DNA of 64,000 nucleotides, from NCBI GenBank assembly GCA_964187785.1, contig OZ076409.1, forward strand, positions 35,774,001-35,838,000, read 5' to 3'. The stretch is from Amphiscolops sp. MND2022 (taxonomy: Eukaryota). This document shows, one piece after another, positions 39,085-50,911 of the stretch. Numbering within the stretch: position 1 is the first letter of the stretch; each line of letters starts with the position of its first letter. Below the pieces are notes generated by a model. That model was not told where the DNA came from and ran no database searches. It saw nothing but the letters and a program-made list of their open reading frames with translations. A program made the translations under genes and the position numbers.

Positions 39085-39750
39085 CTGCGGATTTGCCTTC
39101 CAAGTATTACTATTTCAAAATTGTGCACAATTTTTCGGAAGATAAGGCGTCTTTTGCGAAAGTAAAGAAGGCATTGAAAATCTTGAAAAATCTCGTAACC
39201 TACAAACTGCGACAGCTAGCAAGGAAAATGTTGCTTTGTTTTCCAAAAACTGCTGCGGCAAGTTCCTCGCGCAATCCTGAAAAGCTTCCTCGCGCAAACA
39301 TCGGGCAAACTCCACTGGGAAGTGTACGCGTTGCGGTAAAAGTGGAATTAAACAAGCTACTTGTAGAGTTTCCCAGTGCAACTTTTTCAGGCCTTCTGGC
39401 CATGAAAAGAATGAATATATCAAGAAAAACCCTCTTTTACCCTAGGTCAAGTGGTGAGACAGGAGAGTCAAACCTAGCTGAGGACTTACTTTGGTTGCGA
39501 TGGTAGTGAGACTGCACTCACTAGCCAAAAGTGCAAGGTGAAGGAGCACGCTTTATCCATCGACTCTGGTTCCTTATCACATAGGTTTTTTGACCGTTCT
39601 CTGTTCTTCAACTTTAGCGAAGAAACAAAACGCAGAGTAAAAATGCGAATGGGACATCTTCTTCCTGATCATTCTCATAACATGATCAGCGTTAGCACGT
39701 TGACACAAAGCGGGGCTCAAGTGGACTTCGGACAACCTCTGAGCTTTTTT
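39085..39750 (+). pseudogene. Copia gag/protease remnant, unit 3 (truncated)
   Basis: LPSKYYYFKI and SIDSGSLSHRFFDRSLFF; homology to unit 1 continues to ~39745 and is then replaced by unrelated sequence. Confidence 0.85.
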
Positions 39751-40057
39751 TGGAACACGTGTTGAAACAGTCGCTGCTCTGACTGGTATTACCAAACAAG
39801 GTCCACTGGAAGAGAAATTCGACGTGTGAGAATTCAACGCTATCATGGGACGCCCACTGAAAGGTAAACGCTGACCGTCATAAACTGAAGGGGTAAACAA
39901 GCTCAGCCTTTTCAGATCAAGACTCGGAAATCTTCTCTCATTCTCTGGAATGCCAGAGTGGCCCGCCAGTTTGTTTCAATTCATTGTTGATCAAAGGGTC
40001 AAAAATTCCGGCGAGAACAATTTCTTTCCCGCCGACACGCACTTTCTGTCGAACGCT

Positions 40058-40337
40058 TGTGGTAGTTTGAACGTTTGCGTTTGCCACATTTTACAGTCCA
40101 AGGACCTAAAATTGTGGTAGTTTGACCAAAGGGTCAAAGAGCTTCGGCGAGAACATTTTTTTGGTCCGCGCCGACCCGGACATTCTGTCAAACGTTGTGG
40201 TAGTTTGGACGTTTGCGGCTGCCACACTTCACAAATACAAAAACTTGGTTCTGTGGTAGTTTGGACGTTTGCGTCTGCCACAATTTGTTGTCAAGGGACC
40301 TAAAATTGTGGTAGTTTGGACGTTTGCGTCTGCCACA
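40058..40337 (+). repeat. Four full and one partial copy of a 31-nt self-complementary repeat in the BEL leader
   Basis: tgtggtagtttggacgtttgcgtctgccaca or variants at 40058, 40113 (partial), 40196, 40252, 40307. Confidence 0.9.
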
Positions 40338-42244
40338 TATTTCCATTTTGGATGGTCTATGTCATTGCAGCAATCTGCTTGAGAAGAGCCATCGAAAAAA
40401 CCCCAACTTCAACCCGCAAAAACATTCAAGGTAAAGTCTTTGCAGTCCGGGTTGAGTTTTCATAACGGCAATAGGAACTGTTCACCCGACGTCTTCGTCA
40501 AAATTTTGGAGCCTCTTCAAATCACTGCCATTATTTACAATCAAAGATTTGGAACCCTGAATATCCACAAAAAACTAGATCCAGCTCGGACATCACAATC
40601 AGCCCTAAACAACAGTTGCCATCCAATCGAAAGAAAAAGTCAGCAGAAATCAGTTAAGAATTGTGGAAATTGCATCCATTGTAACACATTGAACTCCATA
40701 TCCTGCAAATCATTCTTCATCATCAAACCAATCTTCGAAAGCTCCTGAAAAGAAATCGATCAAAATCCAAGAAGAATCTGTCACAAATGCGACGGAAACA
40801 GCTCGCAAAAAATAGCGTTAGTTTTGTTGTTCAGCCATGAAAAGCTTGAGAGGTTGCACGTGGTGACTCCTTGGGTGTTTTCTCGCCCTTGAGTGGTAAT
40901 TCAGTCGATTGTCGTCAAGTTAGAGCTGAAAGACCGCGTTTTTCTCCCACCTACTCATCGGTACTATTTTCCACGAAAAAACACGATTCCCATTGGCAGA
41001 AGTTATTTTTGTTTTGGAGAAATATTAAATAAAAGTTGATAACAATGGCAAAAAATGAAACAAGTAGTTCTATCATCGAACCCAAAGCTGATGTTAAAAA
41101 GTTAATTCGCATTCGCGGCGGGCATAAAGGTACTTTCACTAAATAGGAGCCCAAAATTGATCTTATGTTGTCGCCATTGACAGTAAATGAGGAAAAACTT
41201 TGTAAAGCGGAAGCTTTTTTAGCCAATTTTAAAAATCGATGGAACTAAGTACTTCGGTATGATGCCGAACTCGAGCTTTTGATAGACGATGAGGACGAGT
41301 TGAGTTCTGAAATTGATTCAAGTGCAGTTTTTGATGAAAAGGCCAGTATTGCAATTGCTTGCTTAGAGTCACTGATCAATACATACAAAAGGCATCGTCA
41401 CATTGAACTTCGACTTCTGACGTCACTTCAGTAACCACCACCAGTAAAATGAAACTGCCAAAGTTACAACTGCCAAGGTTTACAGGCTAGTACACTGAAT
41501 GGACTTCATTTATAGATCTTTTTAGAGCATCCGTAGATTCAAATATGCCATTAATCCAGTCAGAAAAATTGAACTTTTCCCGAGCCTGTCTCAAGGGACA
41601 CGGTGTAAAAATGAAACTGCCAAAGTTACAACTGCCAAATTTTACTGGCTCGTACACTGAATGGACTTCATTTACAGATCTTTTTAGAGCATCCGTAGAT
41701 TCAAATATGCAATTAACCCATTCAGAAAAGTTCAACTATTCCCGAGCCTGTCTCAAGAGAGACGGTGTAAAACTGAAAAGCTCGCCTATGATTACGGATG
41801 CAAAATTAAGAAATTGCCTTGACTCTCCTTCGAGATAGATACAAACACAAGCGTTGCATTGTGCAGGCGTATTTGAACGTGATGTGGTCTCAACCTAGCA
41901 TGAAGTGTGAATATGGTCTAGGGTCGCGAAAAATTCTAGAGACAACAAATTAACACTTGAGAGCTTTAGAAGAACTAGCCGAACCAACACATGCGTGGAA
42001 CTCACTGTTGATTTCTTGGATTACGGAAACGTTAGTTAATGAATAAAAAAAACAATGGCAATTGGCCCATCCAGGCACGGATCTTCTACAGTGGCAAGAT
42101 CGCGTGAAGTTCTTAGATTCAAGAAGTCCAGCTCTCGAACTTGGTAAGGAATATTCCCAATCCCAAATGAGCAACACTCACAATGCAAAGCAAGATCAAA
42201 GAATCCAATATTACTCAACAGTAAGCGTCTGTAATGAATATTGA

Positions 42245-45200
42245 TCTGAGCATCATAAAACTCATGCGTGCCCGCATTTTAAAAAGTTGTCAGTTTCTGA
42301 TAGAGGAATACTCGTTAGATCAAAACAATTATGTTTCAATTGTTTTCAATCTGGTTTCGGAGTAGGTGCCTGTACCTCTAAGTATACCAGCAGAGAGGAC
42401 AAAATGGAGGACCACAATCTATTGCATCGCGTCAAGAGTTTTCAAGCAAATTCATTGACTAAAAGAACGTTTCAGTCGAATGCAGCTAGCAATGAAACAA
42501 AAAGAGAAAACCACGAAAGCGTTGTTAATACTCAGTGCAACGCATCAACAGAATGCCAACAGCATTCTTCTCCCTCCTTTTTTTGCCTGTCAACGATGTT
42601 TTGTTGTCAAATTGCCAACAGCCTACGTTTTGCTTCGTGATAAGGCCGGCAATGAAATTTCAATGCGTGCACTTCTAGAAGCTGGCTCGCAAGCTAGTGT
42701 TATAACAGAGGCTTTAGCGTAGCCCTTATGCTTTCTATTGAAAAAATACAAACACCAATCGCTGCTCTCGGAGCAGCAAAGACGCAAAAAACCTTGGGCT
42801 TGATTGCAATGAAACTCAACGATGTTGTTGGGATCAATCTTCAAGTAATTCCAAAAATTACCAACGAAATAGCTACAAAAACCACTTCATGTTTCACAAC
42901 TGCGTCATGTCAACCATCTACAGTTAGCAGACCCCACGTTCAAGGTGCCTGGTAAAATAGACATTTTTCCGGGCGCTGATTTGCTTGAAGAAGTTATGTT
43001 AGATATTCGAATCAAGGACAATGGTGTCGTCATACGTGAATGTCTTTTAGGATGGATTTCTCTCTTAGTTTCTGGACCTGTCCAAAAACCAGAATCGGAA
43101 AACACTTTTCCAATTTTAGCCAAGACGTCACTGATTGCACCTTTAAGCACTGAGGACCTAATTTCAAAGTTTTGGGATTTAAAAAGCGTTCACGATAAAA
43201 ACATCTCTCAAATGAAGAAAACGAAATGTGAAATTCAATTCGATCAAACCACAAGGCGTAGAGATGATGACCGATTCGTTGTTGAACTGCCTTTTAATAA
43301 AAACATAGAAACCTTAGACCGTAGTAAAGCTGTCGCAATGAAACGTTTCCTAAATGTAGAGAAAAATTTTTGAGTAATAAAAAGCTGCACGAAGAGTACA
43401 GTAAATTCGTGAGAGAATCCATCGACTTAGTTCGTTTAGAAAAAGAGCCTGAAAAAGAGTTAGAGACAAAAAGTGCTATTACTTACCACATCACTGTGTT
43501 CTAAAATCCAACAGCAACACCACGAAGTTGAAGGACGTTTTTGACCTGAGTGCGAAGACCATTACTGGAATATCCCTAAAAGATTTTTTCATGGTAGGTT
43601 TTAAACTCCAGGATGACATTTTTGATATTCTGATTCAATTTCGCTTCTCCAAAATCGTGATGAGTGCAGATGTAGCTAAAATGTATCGACAAGTCAAGCT
43701 CAACGAAAAACCTCGCGATTACCATAGACTTCTATGGTGGCTTAGTCCAAAAGAAAACGTTCACACGTACCGTATGACAAGAGTACCGTATGGCGTAGCA
43801 AAGTCTTCCTATCATTCAATCCGTTCACTATCAGAGTGTGCAAAGGTTGATGACACTCGAAGCAAAATATCAAAGGCAACCCTACGGGATTTTTTATGTT
43901 GATGACATTTTAACAGGTGCACCTAGTGAAGAGGAAGCTAAACAACTCCAGACAAGCCTGATTAACACTTTGAAAAAGGGACAATTCGATTTGAGGAAAT
44001 GGACATGTAGCGAACCGAAAGTTACTTTGTCTTTACCTCCATAATATCGGGAGACGAACGAAGACCTCGAATTCCTTCAATGTTCTGAGCATCATAAAAC
44101 TCATGCGTGCCCGCATTTTAAAAAGTTGTCAGTTTCTGATAGAGGAATACTCGTTAGATCAAAACAATTAAGTTTCAATTGTTTTCAATCTGGTTTCGGA
44201 GTAGGTGCCTGTACCTCTAAGTGTACCAGCAGAGGGGACAAAATGGAGGACCGCAATCTATTGCATCGCGTCAAGAGTTTTCAAGCCAATTCATTGACTA
44301 AAAAAACGTTTCAGTCGAATGCAGCTAGCAATGAAACAAAAAGAGGAAACCACGAAAGCGTTGTCAATACTCAGTGCAACGCATCAACAGAATGCCAACA
44401 GCATTCTTCTCCCTCCTTTTTTTGCCTGTCAACGATGTTCTGTTGTCAAATTGTCAACAGCCTACGTTTTGCTTCGTGATAAGGCCGGCAATGAAATTTC
44501 AATGCGCGCACTTCTAGATGCTGGCTCGCAAGCTAGTTTTATAACAGAGGCTTTAGCGTAGCCCTTATGCTTTCTATTGAAAAAATACAAACACCAATGG
44601 CTGCTCTCGGAGCAGCAAAGACGCAAAAAACCTTGGGCTGGATTGCAATGAAACTCAACGATGTTGTTGGAATCAACCTTCATGTAATTCCAAAAATTAC
44701 CAACGAAATAGCTACAAAAACCACTTCATGTTTCACAACTGCGTCATGTCAACCATCTACAGTTAGCAGACCCCACGTTCAAGGTGCCTGGTAAAATAGA
44801 CATTTTTCCTGGCGCTGATGTGCTTGAAGAAGTTATGTTAGATATTCGAATCAAGGACAAAGTTGTCGTCATACGTGAATGTCTCTTAGGATGGATTTCT
44901 CTCTTAGTTTCTGAACCTGTCCAAAAACCAGAATCGGAAAACACTTTTCCAACTTTAGCCAAGACGTCACTGATTGCACCTTTAAGCACTGAGGACCTAA
45001 TTTCAAAGTTTTGGGAATTAAAAAGCGTTCACGTTAGAAAACATCTTTCAAATGAAGAGAAAGAAATGTGAAATTCAATTCGATCAAACCACAAGGCGTA
45101 GAGATGATGACCGATTCGTTGTTGAATTGCCTTTTAATAAAAACATAGAAACCTCAGACCGTAGTAAAGCTGTCGCAATGGAACGTTTCCTAATTGTAGT

Positions 45201-47754
45201 GAAAACTTTTTTGAGTAATAAAAAGCTGCACGAAGAGTACAGTAAATTCGTGAGAGAATTCATCGACTTAGTTCGTTTAGAAAAAGTGCCTGAAAAAGAG
45301 TTAGAGACAAAAATTGCTATTATTTACCACATCACTGTGTTCTAAAATCCAACAGCAACACCACGAAGTTGAAGGACGTTTTTGACCTGAGTGCGAAGAC
45401 CATTACTGGAATATCCCTAAAAAAATTTTTTCATGGTAGGTTTTAAACTCCAGGATGACATTTTTGATATTCTGATTCAATTTCGCTTCTCCAAAATCGT
45501 GATGAGTGCAGATGTAGCTAAAATGTATCGACAAGTCAAGCTCAACGAAAAACCTCGCGATTACCATAGACTTCTATGGTGGCTTAGTCCAAAAGAAAAC
45601 GTTCACACGTACCGTATGACAAGAGTACCGTATGGCGTAGCAAAGTCTTCCTATCATTCAATCCGTTCACTATCAGAGTGTGCAAAGGTTGATGACACTC
45701 GAAGCAAAATATCAAAGGCAACCCTACGGGATTTTTTATGTTGATGACATTTTAACAGGTGCACCTAGTGAAGAGGAAGCTAAACAACTCCAGACAAGCC
45801 TGATTAACACTTTGAAAAAGGGACAATTCGATTTGAGGAAATGGACATGTAGCGAACCGAAAGTTACTTTGTCTTTACCTCCATAATATCGGGAGACGAA
45901 CGAAGACCTCGAATTCTTTCAATGTTCTGAGCATCATAAAACTCATGCGTGCCCGCATTTTAAAAAGTTGTCAGTTTCTGATAGAGGAATACTCGTTAGA
46001 TCAAAACAATTAAGTTTCAATTGTTTTCAATCTGGTTTCGGAGTAGGTGCCTGTACCTCTAAGTGTACCAGCAGAGGGGACAAAATGGAGGACCGCAATC
46101 TATTGCATCGCGTCAAGAGTTTTCAAGCCAATTCATTGACTAAAAAAAAACGTTTCAGTCGAATGCAGCTAGCAATGAAACAAAAAGAGGAAACCACGAA
46201 AGCGTTGTCAATACTCAGTGCAACGCATCAACAGAATGCCAACAGCATTCTTCTCCCTCCTTTTTTTGCCTGTCAACGATGTTCTGTTGTCAAATTGTCA
46301 ACAGCCTACGTTTTGCTTCGTGATAAGGCCGGCAATGAAATTTCAATGCGCGCACTTCTAGATGCTGGCTCGCAAGCTAGTTTTATAACAGAGGCTTTAG
46401 CGTAGCCCTTATGCTTTCTATTGAAAAAATACAAACACCAATGGCTGCTCTCGGAGCAGCAAAGACGCAAAAAACCTTGGGCTGGATTGCAATGAAACTC
46501 AACGATGTTGTTGGAATCAACCTTCATGTAATTCCAAAAATTACCAACGAAATAGCTACAAAAACCACTTCATGTTTCACAACTGCGTCATGTCAACCAT
46601 CTACAGTTAGCAGACCCCACGTTCAAGGTGCCTGGTAAAATAGACATTTTTCCTGGCGCTGATGTGCTTGAAGAAGTTATGTTAGATATTCGAATCAAGG
46701 ACAAAGTTGTCGTCATACGTGAATGTCTCTTAGGATGGATTTCTCTCTTAGTTTCTGAACCTGTCCAAAAACGAGAATCGGAAAACACTTTTCCAACTTT
46801 AGCCAAGACGTCACTGATTGCACCTTTAAGCACTGAGGACCTAATTTCAAAGTTTTGGGAATTAAAAAGCGTTCACGTTAGAAAACATCTTTCAAATGAA
46901 GAGAAAGAAATGTGAAATTCAATTCGATCAAACCACAAGGCGTAGAGATGATGACCGATTCGTTGTTGAATTGCCTTTTAATAAAAACATAGAAACCTCA
47001 GACCGTAGTAAAGCTGTCGCAATGGAACGTTTCCTAATTGTAGTGAAAACTTTTTTGAGTAATAAAAAGCTGCACGAAGAGTACAGTAAATTCGTGAGAG
47101 AATTCATCGACTTAGTTCGTTTAGAAAAAGTGCCTGAAAAAGAGTTAGAGACAAAAATTGCTATTATTTACCACATCACTGTGTTCTAAAATCCAACAGC
47201 AACACCACGAAGTTGAAGGACGTTTTTGACCTGAGTGCGAAGACCATTACTGGAATATCCCTAAAAAAATTTTTTCATGGTAGGTTTTAAACTCCAGGAT
47301 GACATTTTTGATTCAATTTCGCTTCTCCAAAATCGTGATGAGTGCAGATGTAGCTAAAATGTATCGACAAGTCAAGCTCAACAAAAAACCTCGCGATTAC
47401 CATAGACTTCTATGGTGGTTCAGTCCGAAAGAAAACGTTCACACGTACTGTATGACAAGAGTACCGTATGGCGTAGCAAAGTCTTCCTATCATTCAATCC
47501 GTTCACTATCAGAGTGTGCAAAGGTTGATGACACTCCAAGCAAAATATCAAAGGCAACCCTACAGGATTTTTTATGTCGATGACATTTTAACAGGAGCAC
47601 CTAGTGAAGAGGAAGCTAAACAACTCCAGACAAGCCTGATTAACACTTTGAAAAAGGGACAATTCGATTTGAGGAAATGGACATGTAGCGAACCGCAAGT
47701 TACTTTGTCTTTACCTCCATAATATCGGGCGGCGAACGAAGACCTCGAATTCCT
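42245..47754 (+). repeat. Tandem triplication of the BEL knuckle-protease-RT block (1839, 1842, ~1829 bp)
   Basis: tctgagcatcataaaactcatgcg starts at 42245, 44084 and 45926; identical novel junction gaagacctcgaattc(c/t)ttcaatgttctgagc at the two internal boundaries; ORF-track triplets 42287/44126/45968. Confidence 0.97.
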
Positions 47755-48615
47755 CCAAAGCAAACACATCATCAAAACAATGGGGATTATGTGGAACCCG
47801 AAATTTGACGTATTTCATTTCAAAGTGAAACAAATTAACGAAACAATTCCAGCAAAAGCACTTACAAAACGGCAGGTTCTGAATGACATAGCGAAGGTTT
47901 TTGACACATTGGGGTGGTTGTTGTCAATAAGCATCAAGTCAAAAAACTTGATGCAAAAAATTTGGGACGCCAAGGTGGATTGGGATGACAACTTCTCAAT
48001 GACTTAGCAGAAAATTACTTGGAATGGTGATCAAAACTGATTGATCCGAGAGAAATAAAACTTAGCAGGCTCCTTCTCAAGGAGAAGCAAACGGCTTTGG
48101 TTGCAACGCAAGTCTTCTGAGACGCGTCGGAGACTGGGTATGGCGCTTGCATTTATGTAGTAGCCGCAGATGAAACGGGCGGGCGGAGAGCAACTCTCTT
48201 ATCAGCCAAAGCAAAAACCGCCCCCCAAAGCACAGTCAGTTCCTCGTTTGGAACTTTGGGAAGCACGACTAGGTTGTACGTTAATGAAAACAGAGTCAGA
48301 AAGTCTTAGCAATATGAGTTTACAGAATGAGCGGTTTTACGCTTGCACGGATGCAACAACAGTGTTAACCTGGCTGGCGTCTGAAGCCAACTACTGGTCA
48401 ATGTTTGTAGCGAACCGAGTTGCAAAAATTCAAGAATTTGACTTCTTGAAATGGAGTCACGTAGGAACGCATGATCCCAGCTGACATTGCGTGATATTGA
48501 TCCTTCGAAGTTGAAAAATTGTTCCATGTGGTGGTCAGGCTCCAGTGGTTGACTACAGAAAATAAGATTCTGTGCAGGCAGCAGTAGCTGGTTTTTAATT
48601 GAATGAAGTTTTAAA

Positions 48616-48967
48616 CGGGTGGCTGTAAATAGGTCGAATTTTTCTGGTCGAAAGGACTGAGGTCGAACCTTTTGATCAAATTACAGGGATCGAATGGAAT
48701 GCGGTCGAATTTTATCGTATTTGTTGTATGGCTCGGTCGCTTCGCTCCCTTCGCGAAGTAGCAACATTGAAGCATGGCCAAATAGCACGTCGCTCCGCTT
48801 CGCTTCGCTCCTGCATTCAGGGCACTAGGGGTATGTGAACATATCTGACTACGTTATAAAAAGTTCGATCCGAGTTGTTTTGATCCCATTCAAAAATTTG
48901 GTATTGTCGACCTGAGGACTAACTCTGATTTTCGATCCCGTTCCTTCGACCTATTTCCGCCCACCCG
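48616..48967. mobile_element. 352-bp non-autonomous TIR element inserted in BEL pol
   Basis: Ends cgggtggctgtaaataggtcgaa / ttcgacctatttccgcccacccg (23-bp TIR, 3 mismatches), flanked by ttttaaa at 48609-48615 and 48968-48974; absent from the homologous site in the second BEL copy (~62575). Confidence 0.9.
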
Positions 48968-49748
48968 TTTTAAACCTCCTAATGCCCCTCATTTTGGTGG
49001 CTTGTGGGACGATGGTAAAAAAAGAGCAAAACATCAATTAAGGCACACAAAGGGAAATCAACCTAACTTTTGAAGAGCTGACAACTTTATTTTGTCAGGT
49101 TGAGAGTGTTTTGGACTCGCGTCCGATCAGTGTTATATCCTAAAATCCAAAAGACGGTGAAAATTTACCGCCTGCGCTTTTATTATGTGGAACGAAACTC
49201 GAAACCTTACCGACGATAGAAACTCCGAAGAAAAACGATATTGCCAATTGCACTCAACAGCTAGATGGGCGTATATACAAAACGTGCTCTTACATTCCTG
49301 GAAGCGTTGGCACAAAGAATACGTGACGTCTCTACAGGAAAGAAAGGAGTGGTGCAGGGAAGTTACCAATTTGAAAGTTGGTGATGTTGTCTTCATCACT
49401 GACGACAAGGTGGCGCCTTTACAGTGGCCGTTGTGGCCCATCTCATCCGTATATAGTGTTCCTGACAATTTTGTGCGAGTTGTCAAAGTTCGAATGCAAT
49501 CTGGAATCTACAACAGAGCTGTACATATTAAAAAACTGCTGTTACCTTCTGACTAAAAAACATCTCGCATATCTTGATCTGTTGTGTTCTTTACGAACTC
49601 ATTTTGAATCGAATTAATCAAGGCGGGCAGTGTATGTTACGAACATACTTCTTTGAAACAAAATATTGAAGTTCAACTTTTATGCGAATTTTTGGATTTT
49701 ATGTTCAAATTTTATGAAATAGCCAATATTTCGCCAAAGCGTCTGAAT

Positions 49749-50127
49749 CAGGAAATTCAAACTCAAACTTTGCCAATTCAAACTTAAACTCAAACTTTTT
49801 TTAACCAAAAAAGTCAAACTCAAACTTTCCTCGATTCAAAATTGATCTTTCCTCGATTTTCACTGACACGAATATCAATCTTTTTCTGACAAAAATGACA
49901 CGTCTGATAATCACAATCGCAAAGTGTTCTTGAAGAATACTATATCATTGCTGTGATAAAACCCTTGGTTTTACTTCTCATTTTAAAAAATGAATGCAAT
50001 TTTGTTTTTCACGTTGTCAAACATCTTAGATTAGATTCAAACTCAAACTTTCGCAGCCTTGTTTGAGCCAAACTCAAACATTCTTATCGAACTCAGATTT
50101 TAAAAAATTAACTATTTGAATTCCCTG
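49749..50127. mobile_element. hAT-like MITE (379 bp) with CAAACT internal repeats
   Basis: TIR caggaaattcaaa / tttgaattccctg; 8-bp flanking direct repeat gtctgaat (49741-49748) / gtctgatt (50128-50135). 8-bp TSD and CAG termini are typical of hAT. Confidence 0.8.
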
Positions 50128-50212
50128 GTCTGATTATTCAGTTTTTTGCTGTTTTCTAATAAAATATCGCAATTCCTTGTATTTCATTGGTTATTTGCCA
50201 TCTGCTAGAATG

Positions 50213-50791
50213 AGTAAATGATCACTTGGCTTAATGCCATTTGACTTAAAGTCATTTGGCTTAATACAATTGGTCACTTGGCTTAATTTTTTAAGCTAAG
50301 TGTCTCGGGTATTGGTCCCTAAGTGTCTCGGGTATTGGTCCCTTGGCTTAAAGTCATTTGACTTAAAACCACTAAGTTGAAAACACGTGGCAGATTTTGT
50401 CGAATTTATCTTTATAACGTAGTCAGCGTATTAATATAACATGTCATATCCAGTACCCCTCGGATATGTCCCCATTTCCTCTAGTGCCCTGCGGCCCCTT
50501 GGGGCCGCTTATATTCCCATCTTGCTAAGCGAGGTCGAACAGGAGCAAAGACCTAGCGGGAACGAAGATCGCGAAGCGATCGTAGTGGGAGCTTGTCTTT
50601 GCGACGGTGAGGGCGAGCATGCATACACCGCATATGCCCCACATTAGGATATTTCCGAGAGTTGACATATTTTATTCCTTGAGTTGGAATGGATTTGGCT
50701 TAATTTTGTGGTCACTTGGCTTAAATTTTTAAGTCAAATGACTCGACAAAAAACTGAGCCGAATGGTATTGAGCCAAGTGACTGGTAACCA
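50213..50791. mobile_element. 579-bp MITE-like insertion
   Basis: Flanked by tagaatg at 50206-50212 and 50792-50798; subterminal inverted core tcacttggct(t/c)aat; the homologous site in the 61.3 kb copy has a single tagaatg and no insert. Confidence 0.85.
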
Positions 50792-50911
50792 TAGAATGTT
50801 GATGATTGCTTTTATTGCAAATTTAAGGGAAACTCTTTGCGATTAGCCAATAAAATTGCAGTACGTCACTTATGTGCCCAAATTTGCCCCGTCTACAGTT
50901 TCTTGATCTTT

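Larger units (their letters stand above)
28822..39750 (+). repeat. Tandem segmental triplication (unit 1 5855 bp; unit 2 3025 bp; unit 3 truncated)
   Basis: gggtggcat(g/a)tcaaaagcaggtgtggcg begins at 28822, 34677 and 37702; 33551-36575 is repeated at 36576-39597; ORF pairs 33753/36778 and 34673/37698 are offset by 3025. Confidence 0.93.
39760..49640 (+). mobile_element. BEL/Pao LTR retrotransposon, decayed and internally rearranged
   Basis: Gag start MAKNE...KLIRIRGGHKGTFTK at 41045; DUF1759-like KLPKLQLPxFTG...WTSFxDLF; Cys/His knuckles (CFNCFQSG...HNLLH); protease LLDAGSQASFIT; RT DIFDILIQFR...SADVAKMYRQV...FYVDDIL; Pao RNase H region (PRLEL, WSHVGTHDP); integrase C-part PPNAPHFGGLW and FEELTTLFCQVESVLDSRPI; DUF5641-like WKRWHKEYVTSLQER...LKVGDVVFI ending 49556; PPT-like aaggcgggcag at ~49620-49630. 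Order PR-RT-RH-IN. 5' boundary is tentative (TGTT at 39760). Confidence 0.95.

Noticed and set aside
50480-50507. Canonical Helitron 3' end (hairpin then CTAG on the minus strand)
   Set aside because: Homology with the 48.8 kb copy continues past the CTAG and the next base is not T, so it is not a demonstrable terminus; kept only as part of the shared-module finding.
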